Source: Macrostomum hystrix (Eukaryota; Animalia; Platyhelminthes). From it: DNA of 64,000 nucleotides. Location of the stretch: contig CATNEN010000002.1 of the NCBI GenBank assembly GCA_950097015.1, positions 930,001 through 994,000 of the forward strand, in the 5' to 3' direction. Positions 1 to 11,700 of this stretch are shown here, one piece after another. Each line of letters starts with the position of its first letter. The stretch's first letter is position 1. A program made the translations under genes and the position numbers. Under the pieces are notes generated by a model. It was not told where the DNA came from and made no database searches. It saw nothing but the letters and a program-made list of their open reading frames with translations.

Positions 1-2934
1 AGTCCCATGTTCATTCTCCGCACCGATTTGCGCCCTGATTTCGTCACCTAGATGAAAATCTCGGAAGAACCAAGCCGTACACCTACCGTCTTGCAAAGAA
101 GCAAATATTTTTGACACTCCGCGCCTCTCGGTAATGTCCGCCTCCATTAAGTTGTGTTCAGAGAGCGAGCACTGCTCGTAGTTCCCATTGTGAGGCAGAA
201 GATCTCTCTTCGCCTTCATCAGCTCATCCGGCCGAAAGAAAGTATCAAAACACAGGTTCGATACCCTAATGGGTCTAAAGCATCCCTTTTCTTGCTTTTT
301 TGGCTCCGACTCAATCTCAGCAGTTGAGTGCTGCAGAATCCGTGCCTTCCAGCTGCATATGGCCATCAGGAATTCCTTGTGAACTTCAGGCTTTCCGAGT
401 ATATTCATAGCACGAAACTTAATGTGCTTAGCAACCTTGGGCGAATGCTCAAGGAAATCGTGTTCGAAATAAATTCCTTCATCGTCCAAGGTCGAGATCT
501 GAACAAGAACTCTCTTTGGTCTCGCTGCTAGCTCCAGGCCGTAATCAGCACACGTGCAACTATCGTCAAGCTTTCGGCTCTTTTTCATCATAAAAGACAA
601 ATGTTCACAGACTCCTGTTATGTTAAAAACAGAATGGCTTGCTAACTTAGATTCTTCAAAGCCCTTTAAAGCCGAGCGAAGAGCTCGATGAACCATTAGG
701 TCGGCATAGCGTCTCATCGGACTCGTGAAGTGGACGTAGTCCTCCTTCTCCAGGCTGAAGTGGCGCCTTTGCTCCGACGTGCACTCGCTGTACTTTGCCG
801 GCTGGCTCAGCCCGTGCCAGTCGCTGATGGCCAGCCGTAAGTGTGGAAACCGTCTCTCGTCGTACAACAGCGATAGAGCGCCTTGCATATCGCCTCGCTG
901 ACAAAACGCTTTCAAGCTTTCTGCATCATCTTGATGCATTTGAAACGGCATATTCGAGTTCGGAACATCCTTCTCGACTAGATGCAATGCGCGACTCAAC
1001 TCGGCCGAGTGCTGCGCCTTGGATCCGTGTTTCTGCATCCATCGAGTCACGTCGATCTCACGCGGTCGCTGCTGCACTCGAATCGGATAGGCGGGAACCG
1101 AGTCCGCCCGCTGTCGCAGGAACTCTCCGACTGCTGAATTCGCCGCCACCATCAGCTCCTCGACAAGAGCGCTCGTCTCGGGGAACTGCTCGTCTCGCTG
1201 GCGCACAAACGCAGCCTGACCGAGACGCTTCACTCGCCACGCACGCGTCACTGACCACAGCCGAAGCAGCATGTTTGAGACGCGAGGCTCCACGGAGTCG
1301 GTGTTGCCAAGAATCACGCGTTGCACGTCCTCCTTGTTGAGTCTTTTGTCTGAGCGAATCAGTGTCAGGCACGGCCTCCAGTTCTCCACTACTCCATCGG
1401 CATTCATGTTGAACACCACTGACAAGCATCGCCTGTCCTGTCCTTCCACCAGACTGAGTGAGTTCTCAGCCAGTTGACGGGGCAGCATGTGGTTGGTAGG
1501 GACTCCTCTTTGTCTGGCTTCTTTGCTCGGATAGAATGTGGTCCCACGACGTCTGGCCTCTTGATCGATCGGAGTGTTTTCGCCAATGAACTCCGCCACA
1601 TCTGTGATGTGAACGCCGACAGTGAGTCTTCCATTCGCGTCCTCGTGCAAGCTGATGGCATCGTCCATATCCTTTGTCTCCGGGTTGTCGATCGTCACTG
1701 TCAGATGCTTTCGATAGTCTTTGCGATCCTTGGTTCTGATATTATTATTTACCAATTCAGAAATATGTTTTACTTCCCTCTTGGTATCTGCTTCATCTTG
1801 TGGAAATGGTATTCCGTGAATTAGGTGGAGTAGTTCGATTCCGTTTAAAAAGGAGTGGAGTTTCGAAACTACATGAATCACTTTGCCTCGTGGATAGTAC
1901 TTTTGCACAGGCCAATCCATGAAGCAAACAATAAAAAGGTATTGGCAGTTGTGTTTGGTAACTTTAAGTATCGACTTGCCTCTGAATTGGAACTGTCTTG
2001 TTGTTTCGTCGTACACTGGAGAGTAAATGGAAACCAGATTTTTGTTGGCATATTCATACGGCATTTCTTTCAACCGCTCTCTCTTAGTCGTGATACCAAG
2101 CTTTTTACGAAGTGATCTGTGGTTGGGAGACTTTCTTTTCTGAGAATTTTCAAAGCAAAGTCTTGCATACTTATTGTCGTATGAGATTTTCGGCACTGTG
2201 CTGCACAATGGACGCACGCACGTGCCTGGGGCGTCTAGCATCTCACAGACGAAAAGTTTGTAGCGCAAGTGTTCGCGTTGCTTCGAAACGCTGACAACGC
2301 GCCCACACGGTTCTGTGGTGCCTGTTGATCCAGTAGCTCCGGGTTCTCGACATGAAGAACGTAAGTTCTCGTCATTCATTATCTCGACAACTACTTCGTC
2401 ATCCTGGCAAGCTCTGCCACAGTTGCTCCGACCCTTTAGCTGAATCTTTGATATTCGGTCATCGATAGACAGCGGACGCGCCCAGCCAAGCTGAGGCCCT
2501 TCTAAATGAAGCTGGCAGATTTTGTACTTTTCCGGCTGATCATTCATCAAGCCTTGGAGTTGAGCGCGAGTCTTCATAGCCTGATATGGCGGGTTTTCCA
2601 TTAGCTTTCCCCAAAATACGCCAATAGGCTTAGGGACGCTTCTTCTGTCAATAATTTTCACCACAAACTGAGTGCCATGTGGGAGAGAAACTGGTTTGTC
2701 AAGCTGGACTTCTCTCACCGGTGAATTTTTGTCCACGGTCTTTGCTAGCAGGCACCTGCTCGCGTCAGTGCCCAGAGTGCATCGAATGTACTCATCGGGT
2801 TTGGATCTCAGCAGGTTTTTTAGATCGTTTTTTGGTTCCAGAATGCTACGCTCAAAGTCGTCCTCCACTTGACGGTTTTGAAACAATTTTGTTAGCTCTG
2901 CTAACTCGTGACTTTCTTGTTGCTCTTCGACCAT
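1..2934 (-). CDS. HELZ2: HELZ2-like RNB exoribonuclease/helicase paralog 1, first coding exon (978 codons, open at left window edge)
   Basis: Manual translation from the ATG at 2934 gives MVEEQQESHELAELTKLFQNRQVEDDFERSIL..., KYKICQLHLEGPQLGWA, KGRSNCGRACQDDEVVVE, the RNB motifs TIDNPETKDMDDAIS and HFTSPMRRYADL, and ends DFHLGDEIRAQIGAENEHGT, homologous to DIRLGDEMNAQIGSQNNHG in paralog 2. It is missing from the ORF track because no stop lies in the window. The symbol means 'like'; orthology is untested. Confidence 0.9.
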   Translation of the reverse strand, partial: MVEEQQESHELAELTKLFQNRQVEDDFERSILEPKNDLKNLLRSKPDEYIRCTLGTDASRCLLAKTVDKNSPVREVQLDKPVSLPHGTQFVVKIIDRRSVPKPIGVFWGKLMENPPYQAMKTRAQLQGLMNDQPEKYKICQLHLEGPQLGWARPLSIDDRISKIQLKGRSNCGRACQDDEVVVEIMNDENLRSSCREPGATGSTGTTEPCGRVVSVSKQREHLRYKLFVCEMLDAPGTCVRPLCSTVPKISYDNKYARLCFENSQKRKSPNHRSLRKKLGITTKRERLKEMPYEYANKNLVSIYSPVYDETTRQFQFRGKSILKVTKHNCQYLFIVCFMDWPVQKYYPRGKVIHVVSKLHSFLNGIELLHLIHGIPFPQDEADTKREVKHISELVNNNIRTKDRKDYRKHLTVTIDNPETKDMDDAISLHEDANGRLTVGVHITDVAEFIGENTPIDQEARRRGTTFYPSKEARQRGVPTNHMLPRQLAENSLSLVEGQDRRCLSVVFNMNADGVVENWRPCLTLIRSDKRLNKEDVQRVILGNTDSVEPRVSNMLLRLWSVTRAWRVKRLGQAAFVRQRDEQFPETSALVEELMVAANSAVGEFLRQRADSVPAYPIRVQQRPREIDVTRWMQKHGSKAQHSAELSRALHLVEKDVPNSNMPFQMHQDDAESLKAFCQRGDMQGALSLLYDERRFPHLRLAISDWHGLSQPAKYSECTSEQRRHFSLEKEDYVHFTSPMRRYADLMVHRALRSALKGFEESKLASHSVFNITGVCEHLSFMMKKSRKLDDSCTCADYGLELAARPKRVLVQISTLDDEGIYFEHDFLEHSPKVAKHIKFRAMNILGKPEVHKEFLMAICSWKARILQHSTAEIESEPKKQEKGCFRPIRVSNLCFDTFFRPDELMKAKRDLLPHNGNYEQCSLSEHNLMEADITERRGVSKIFASLQDGRCTAWFFRDFHLGDEIRAQIGAENEHGT

Positions 2935-3680
2935 CTTGACTCGAGTCGGTCTCGAAGTCTGTTGGACTTTTTATTTATTTTATTCCTTCTTTTCGCGTGC
3001 GCGTTAGGATCAAAATCTATATTTGAGAGTCAATACTTTCTGCTTTCATAAGTTTGTGTCTCAAGTTTTATAGTATACTAACTGGCAACATTTCCTAGAA
3101 ATTTTGCTGCAGCATATTTCATCCACTGTCCGAACGTTTCATACTCGCTGCAGGTTACTATAGTTGTACTATATGGTTCTAGCTAAGCGCTGTACGTATT
3201 CCGTCTGGTAAAAATCTGTGTGCACAACGGGAAACGCACACTTCTAAAGTGAATCACTGTCATGTACAGTAAAGCGAGGAAGTCATAAAAGAGGTTTTCT
3301 ATCCACCCATTTCTCGTACTAGCCAGACATCCAGTCCAGCTGGCAGCTTTTACGAAATGCTAATTTTAGCCAGCCGTAAGGGACAAAATTTGCCATCGGT
3401 GCGACAGGCTAATTAAAATGCAGATATTAATTATGAGTCGCGGTATGCCAATTTAGACAAAATCGACACGAAAAGGCGGTTGGAAGCAGTTAATAAGTAC
3501 GAGCTATTAAAGTTTTTGAGTGGTTCTATGCCATGAGGATTTAGAAAACAAAATAAAAAAGCAGCTCAGCAGCAAAAAAATGGTGTCAGCCCCAAAAACG
3601 GTGCATCAGATGGCTCGCTAACTGTACACACGAGTGAAAGCAACATTCGGTGGGAGATAGGCTATCTCTGCGGCTCGGAA

Positions 3681-3770
3681 TGCTGACCCTGTGGCAGGGG
3701 TCAGCAAAACTTGGTCCGCGGGCCAGAGGCGGCCCTCGAAGATCCTACAGTCGGCCCGTTGCCCCCTTCC
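3681..3770. mobile_element. possible hAT-type MITE termini
   Basis: CAGGGGTCAGCAAAACTTGGTCCGCGGGCC (from 3695) resembles hAT/Charlie-type ends. It is immediately preceded by the inverted copy TGCTGACCCTG (3681-3691). Confidence 0.3.
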
Positions 3771-3804
3771 GAAACCTACTGTATCCATTATCATAAATTT
3801 TCCC

Positions 3805-5020
3805 GGTCTCATCTCTACCTTATCTCATCTCTCTGTCTCATCTCTCCCCTGTCTCCTCTCTCCCCAGTCTCATCTCTGCCCTGGCTTATCTCTCCCAGTC
3901 TCATATCTTCCCTGTCTCATCTCTACCTTATCTCATCTCTCTGTCTCATCTCTCCCCTGTCTCATCTCTCCCCAGTCTCATCTCTGCCCTGGCTTATCTC
4001 TCCCAGTCTCATCTCTTCCCTGTCTCATCTCTACCTTATCTCATCTCTCTTTGTCTGATCTCTGGCCTGTCTCATCTCTTCCCAGTCTCATCTCTCCCCA
4101 GTCTCATCTCTCCCCAGTCGCATCTCTCCCCAGTCGCATCTCTGCCCTGTCTCATCTCTCCACTGTCTCATCTCTCCCCAGTCTCATCTCTCCCCAGTCG
4201 CATCTCTGCCCTGTCTCATCTCTCCACTGTCTCATCTCTCCCCTGTCTCATCTCTACCTTATCTCATCTCTCTCTGTTTTATCTCTCCCCTGTCTCATCT
4301 CTGCACTGTCTCATCTCTCCCCTGTCTCATCTCTACCTTATCTCATCTCTCTCTGTTTTATCTCTGCCCTGTCTCATCTCTCCACTGTCTCATCTCTCCC
4401 CTGTCTCATCTCTACCTTATCTCATCTCTCTCTGTTTTATCTCTGCCCTGTCTCATCTCTCCCCTGTCTCATCTATGCCCTGTCTCATCTCTCTCTGTCT
4501 CTTCTCTCCCCTGTCTCATCTCTCTCTGTCTCATCTCTGGTCTGTCTCATCTCTTCCCAGTCTCATCTCTCCCCAGTCTCATCTCTCCCCAGTCTCATCT
4601 CTCCCCAGTCTCATCTCTCCCCAGTCTCATCTCTCCCCTGTCTCATCTCTCCCCTGTCTCATCTCTCCCCAGTCTCATCTCTCCCCTGTCTCATCTCTCT
4701 CTGTCTCATCTCTGGTCTGTCTCATCTCTTCCCAGTCTCGTCTCTCCCCAGTCTCATCTCTCCCCTGTCTCATCTCTACCTTATCTCATCTCTCTCTGTT
4801 TTATCTCTCCCCTGTCTCATCTCTCCCCAGTCTCATCTCTCCCCTGTCTCATCTCTCCCCTGTCTCATCTCTCCCCAGTCTCATCTCTCCCCAGTCTCAT
4901 CTCTCCACTGTCTCATCTCTCCCCAGTCTCATCTCTCCCCTGTCTCATCTCTGCCCTGTCTCATCTCTCCCCTGTATCATCTCTGCCCTGTCTCATCTCT
5001 CCCCAGTCTCATCTCATCGC
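3805..5020. repeat. ~16-bp minisatellite (TCTCATCTCTCCCC[A/T]G)n
   Basis: Directly visible tandem units. It explains the spurious 456-aa and 185-aa Ser/Leu ORFs. Confidence 0.95.
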
Positions 5021-5710
5021 TCCCCTGTTTGAATCGCTTTTTTCCAGCTCGACGTATTTAGATAGCCGCCAAGATGGATACATGGGTGGAAAAATACCTT
5101 AGTTTTAGTAGCTATCGACAGCAAAAAAATTAGCTCGTATAAACACTGCAGCTCGCTTTGTTCCAAATTTATTGGAAAACTAATAGGCTCTCAGAAGTCT
5201 GCACTCGCAATTTGCGCTGAGTCAGTGACGCAAGCCTTGTGAGCAGAAGATCCACGCGACAATAGAAAATAAGCAGTGCAGGGCTACGCTTGTACTCGTA
5301 CATTATTCAACGGACAGGGCGACATTCTAAAAAGCAAAGACACAGTTGCAGAACTGTACAATTGTCAATACAAAGGCAATTCCTGCTATCTTTTTTCTAA
5401 GCCGCCGACGCTGTACTTTGTACTCCAGTCTTGGGGTGGGTAGCTGCAGAATTTACTGGAAATTCCACGTACTCCTAGATTGAAAATTCTCTATAAATGT
5501 ATGCCTCATTTTGTAATTTTTTGGCTAAATATTTTTTTAACTTCGTGGACTATATTGTATCCTGAAGAAGCCGCTGTCTATAGCTGGTGACTAGAAATTC
5601 GGTAAGCTTCGTTTGAGTTCCACAATGCTTTGAATTAAGCACTCATTACTGCTCATATTGACCTTCATGTTCTGGTAAAAAAAACCGACTCCATCTTTCT
5701 TCCTCAGACC

Positions 5711-8700
5711 ATGAGCAAGCCACCGGAGCCTGCAAATTTCCGGGATAAAAAGCTGCTCGAACTAGTGCACCTGTTTCACTATCGACAACAAGAGGACGAC
5801 TTCGAGAAAAGCATTTTGAATCCCGAAAACTGGCTTGCCAGCAAAGTGAGGGAATTTCCAGATAAGTACAAGATTTGCGTGCTAGGTCAGGATGCTGACA
5901 GTGATCAAATTGCTGTTCCCATCGATTCCGTTGGAGACTCCAAGCCGATACAAATCTACTTGGACAAGAAACTCACTATGACCCATGGATCGAAAATTGT
6001 CGTTGAGCTAACTCAATCCAACGCATTAGGCCAGTTTCGAGGAATATTTAAAGGTAGACTGCTGGACAAGCCTCCATACCAAATGAAGACCAAAGCGCAG
6101 CTGATCGAGCTGATGCAGCAGAGTCCGGAAAAGTACAAAATTTGTCGTTTGCAATTGGACGGACCGCAGCTCGGATGGGCCTACCCGCTCTCTTCCGAGG
6201 ATCCCATTCAGAGGATCCAGCTGAAAGGACGCAGCAACTGCGGCAGAGCGTGTGACGACGACGAAGTGATTGTCGAAGTGAAAGAAATAGACGAAAACGG
6301 AGTTGAGGCCCACGGAGCTGTGGTGGGAGTGTGGCGTCAGAAGGAAAAGCTGAAGTACAAGCTGTTTGTTTGCGAAGTCATTGAAGACTATGGGTCTCTA
6401 ATGAGACCCATATGCAAGAGTGTGCCGAAAATTTCGTATCTAAATCATTATGCGATCCGAATTCATCAATGGAAAATTAACCGCACTAGAACAGTTGCCG
6501 CGCTAGAAAGAATGTCGAGAGGAATGACTTCTACCGCCGAGGCCTTGTACCACGCAGCACATGATTATGCGAATCGCAATCTCGTATCTGTTTACGAACC
6601 TTTCGAGGATGATAGCACTGGAAAGATCTGCTTTCAAGAAAATAGAATTGAGAGGATACTAAAGCACGATTGTGATAGTCTCTTTATCGTTTGCTTTGAT
6701 GAATGGCCCGTGGATAGATGGTACCCACGCGGAAGAGTTGTCCACGTGGTGTCAAAAGAACAATCTTTTTTAAAAACACTAGATCTGATTCAGGTAAGGC
6801 ATGCCGTGCCCCCTCTGATCCAGTTAAAAACAAGCCCGATGACACGACAAACAATGGCAATTGAAAAACGAGCAAAGAAACGTGTTCATCATCAGTCAGA
6901 AGGCAGAATCGACTTCAGCGATCACTTAACAGTGACAATCGACAACCCGGAGACAAAGGATATGGACGATGCCATCAGCTTGCACGAGGACGCGAATGGA
7001 AGACTCACTGTCGGCGTTCACATCACAGATGTGGCGGAGTTCATTGGCGAAAACACTCCGATCGATCAAGAGGCCAGACGTCGTGGGACCACATTCTATC
7101 CGAGCAAAGAAGCCAGACAAAGAGGAGTCCCTACCAACCACATGCTGCCCCGTCAACTGGCTGAGAACTCACTCAGTCTGGTGGAAGGACAGGACAGGCG
7201 ATGCTTGTCAGTGGTGTTCAACATGAATGCCGATGGAGTAGTGGAGAACTGGAGGCCGTGCCTGACACTGATTCGCTCAGACAAAAGACTCAACAAGGAG
7301 GACGTGCAACGCGTGATTCTTGGCAACACCGACTCCGTGGAGCCTCGCGTCTCAAACATGCTGCTTCGGCTGTGGTCAGTGACGCGTGCGTGGCGAGTGA
7401 AGCGTCTCGGTCAGGCTGCGTTTGTGCGCCAGCGAGACGAGCAGTTCCCCGAGACGAGCGCTCTTGTCGAGGAGCTGATGGTGGCGGCGAATTCAGCAGT
7501 CGGAGAGTTCCTGCGACAGCGGGCGGACTCGGTTCCCGCCTATCCGATTCGAGTGCAGCAGCGACCGCGTGAGATCGACGTGACTCGATGGATGCAGAAA
7601 CACGGATCCAAGGCGCAGCACTCGGCCGAGTTGAGTCGCGCATTGCATCTAGTCGAGAAGGATGTTCCGAACTCGAATATGCCGTTTCAAATGCATCAAG
7701 ATGATGCAGAAAGCTTGAAAGCGTTTTGTCAGCGAGGCGATATGCAAGGCGCTCTATCGCTGTTGTACGACGAGAGACGGTTTCCACACTTACGGCTGGC
7801 CATCAGCGACTGGCACGGGCTGAGCCAGCCGGCAAAGTACAGCGAGTGCACGTCGGAGCAAAGGCGCCACTTCAGCCTGGAGAAGGAGGACTACGTCCAC
7901 TTCACGAGTCCGATGAGACGCTATGCCGACCTAATGGTTCATCGAGCACTCCGCATCTGTCTTGGGCGATTGAATGAACTATTTCAATTAGCTCTAGAAT
8001 GCGAACTGGCTAAAAATATCTGCGAGGCTCTGTCAGCAGCATCGATACGTACTCGTCGGTATCAAGTAAGCACTAAAAGTGCTGAAATAGCATTACTTTT
8101 AAGGTTAATGCCGAAAAAAGTAATTGTTCAAGTTTCGATGCTAGACGATGAAGGAATCGTTTTTGAGCACGAGATGCTTGACGGCGAGCCTAAAATTGCC
8201 AGACTCGTTCAGTTTCGATTCCTGAACCTTTGCGAAAAGCCTGAGGAAAAGGAGCCCTCTGTGCTAGTCGGCTGCAAGTGGAAGGCTCGAATACTTCGAC
8301 ATACCACAACTGTTGACGAACCGAGAACTGGGGAAGCACTCGCAGCAGCCGGTAGAACTTGGCATGATCCGATCAAGGTTGTCAGTGCATCGATTCTCAG
8401 AAGCTTTCGGCCTCGAGAGCTTCTGCTGGCAAAGGAGGAGCTTTTCAAAAATGAGTGGGACTTCTCGAAGTGCAGCATCTCGAGCGCCAAGTTCATGGAG
8501 GCTGATATTTCTGATAAGCGTGGCGTGTCAAAGGTCTACTCCACCACTGACGGTCACGGTAGCTCTGTGTGGTTCTATCGCGACATTCGTCTCGGTGATG
8601 AAATGAATGCCCAGATTGGATCCCAGAATAATCACGGAATGATGGCGCCGACGCTAAATCTCATCGAAATCTGTGACACCTTCTCAATTTGTCTCGCTCA

Positions 8701-11700
8701 CCGCCGTCGACCGGCTGACCGTTTCGAGCGAGTTGTTCGACGATACAGCCAACTTGTTTATCAAAGCATTGACGAGTACGTCGACATTTGGCAAAACATT
8801 GTTGCCTTGGAATCAGCCTCAGTGTCTATCGCAAACAACGAGACGTTTGTTCTGTGCGATGTTCCGCTATTGTGGCAGTGGGACCAGCGAAACAAACGAT
8901 GGCTTGGAATGTTTAACTTGACAGCCGACTTTTGCACCTCGAACAACCTGTCCTTCACAGACTCAGTTGTGATGGAGAAGATAAGCTCTTGGTCTAAAAA
9001 GATAGAGAAATTTCAGGACAGAGGACAGTCAATCGAAGATGTCTCTGATGCAGTGTTCTCGACAGCCATGAAGATGACGCGCTACTCAGAGTACATCTGC
9101 CTTCGCGCGAACATGAAATGTGCAGAGGCGGGTAACGACTACACATGGGTTGGACACGGAGGCGTTTTGCTTGTGTTCGACGGCCTTCACTGCCAGTCTA
9201 AAATGTGCAACAACAGGTCCTTGCACTTTTGCAACTTTGTTGTCTTTCAACTGAACGAGGTGAGCCCAGGTGAGAGTGCGCCTCAGGATGAGATCAGAGT
9301 CGCTACTGTGGAGCTAGTGATGAAGTTTCTGCCGAACAGAAGACACGAGCTGGTGCTGCAGGCAATGCGGCATCAAAGCGGAGTCAGCGCTTCGTGCTCT
9401 CTGGTTCGATGGGACCAGCAGAAGGACGCTGTTGGTGGTAAGCTTTGATTCTTTCACTTTCAGATTTCACTTCAAATAAAACGTCGCAGCCGCTTGGAGA
9501 ATTTAGGAAGATTTTTTTGGCAAAGGGGGTACTTTTGAGGAGATGCAGTACATGAGGAGACTAAAATAAAAAAAATTGAAATACAATTTCAGTCGACGCT
9601 TTGATCTATAAAACAACGCTAATGGAGAACAATGTTGATTCGTACGCGATTCACGTTACAAACAACGGGCGGAAGTCTGTTCGGACTGTGCCGTGCAACA
9701 AATGTCAGAATGACGCTCTCGAGAGGGCGATAGACAAGCGCGTTTCTCTCATTTGGGGGCCGCCTGGTAATCGAAATTCAGTTTCAGTTGATTTCTCACT
9801 TTTGATTATGATGATATAGGTTAATCTTTTTATTAGTTGCTTATTTTATCTCACTGGCTAGTGTATTAGCAGTATTGTCAGTCAAATTTTATTGCGCATT
9901 GCTTTAAATAATCGGCTTTAGGCTAGGCCAGTCAAAACACGCGAGTCAGTAGGTCAGCCAAACCACAGGTTGTCACACACCACAAATTTTCAGCAATGCG
10001 ACAGAGAAATTGATCTGATCAGAAAGCAGCATGGCAGGACCCTTGTGACAGTGCCATCACAGCACAAACAGTGCTATCGTCATAACTTATTGAGTCAAAA
10101 TCAGAACTTTGCATGGCCCTCTTTGAATAATTTTAGGTACAGGCAAAACCACCACTGGAGTGATGCTTGCCTTTTGGTTTTCGTTTATCAACCGATATCG
10201 CAGGGACGCCTTGCCGATGCCGGACTTTCAACAGCCAAGCGATGACGAAGAAGACGAGGACGACAATGAAGACTTAGAGACGGATTTTGAAGAGATCGAA
10301 GAAGTCGATGCGTCACTCACTGAAGCCAACCAAGACGGCTTCCAGACAGTACGCTATAGACATCGCCAGTCGCACAGCTCAACATCATCGACCGTTGTTT
10401 CTGACCGACGCAGATGGCAGAAGCTGGAGACGCGGGAGGTTCAGAGCCGACGCCAGATCCTGTGCTGCGGTCCATCGAACCGCTCAGTCGATGTGATTGT
10501 CGAAGCCTCTCGAGACCTTCTGCTGAACCAGTGTCCGTCAATGGTTCGCGTCTACAGCGAGCAGGTGGAGCGAGTTCACTATCCGATTCCCGGAGAGCTT
10601 GCCACTGCTGACGAAGTAGTCCCAGCGATGAGAAGGTATGCACTGCATGAGCTCATTCGGAGTGAGAACAGCGACGAAAGCTACATAATCTGCGGATTCG
10701 ACACGGCATTTCGCAAGTTCATCGGCAGCCCTGAAGAGCAGCCCATCACGATGGAACGCGCACTAAGAGAAGCAGCTGCGACCAACTCGCGCTTCGCTCA
10801 ATTTATTCGAAACAGACGACTTCGATCAACTCGGCGAGGCGCCTTGGAGCTCGCAGAAGAGGAGGCTGGCAGTGATGCACTCGTTCAGGGCTGTGTCAAG
10901 CTCTACAAAGATAAAGTGCTGAAAGCCAAGATGAGGGTGCTGCAGAACTTCGATGTCGTTCTGTGCACCACGTCTGTCAGCTGCAGCTCCGTTATCCAGC
11001 GCGCTTGTCGCTTCGTTCAGATCATCATCGACGAGGCGGGAATGTGCACTCAGCCGGAGCTGCTTGTTCCCATTGTTGGTCGATTGAGTGTCAACATCAC
11101 CGTTCCATCGAGTCTTGGCGCGAGCTCTCGTACCTTTGGAGGCACGGCCGCGTCACAATTTGCCGAGCGAGTTGTCCTGATCGGTGACCACAAGCAGCTG
11201 GCTCCGATCATTCAGAACAAGACGGCTGCAGAGCTGGGACTGAGCAAGACGTTTCTCGAGATGCACTGTCTCGACTCGGTTATGCTCAATCAGCAGTACC
11301 GCATGGTGAGTATTTGATTTGCTTATCTGCTCTGTAATGATAAACATAGTGTAAGGGAATGAATAATGATTGCGAAACTCGCTTACTTCTCAGCACCCGA
11401 GTCTGGCCGACTTTCCGTCCAAGCGCTTCTACACTGTCAGAGACTCTGGCGGACTGCGCACTCAGCCGTCCAAGTCTTGGACCGGAGTGCTCGATACTGA
11501 GACCAAGATGCAGGCAGGCTGCAGTTCCCAGTGGAATGGACTGAACTGGCACAAGCTGAATAAGGCTGAGCTCTTTGACAGCAAGGATGCCAGCGGAGTG
11601 AGACGTCATGGTCTACTGACGGAGCGCAACGCGAACGTGTTGCACGGATGCTGGCCAGGTGTGAGACGAGACAGGCCGTTCGACACGCTGCCAGATGTGC

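Noticed and set aside
843-1340. Conserved antisense ORF METVSRR... present in all three helicase copies (also 7290-7787, 32235-32732)
   Set aside because: Its conservation follows from nucleotide identity of the RNB core; there is no independent evidence of coding.
3691-5061. 456-aa Ser/Leu-rich ORF
   Set aside because: Translation of the 16-bp minisatellite.
9438-9448. Stop after GGKL defining a stand-alone 1245-aa RNB protein without helicase
   Set aside because: G|gtaagc at 9438 is a good donor that splices in frame to exon 2 in both copies, so the stop is intronic. A minor intron-retained isoform cannot be excluded.
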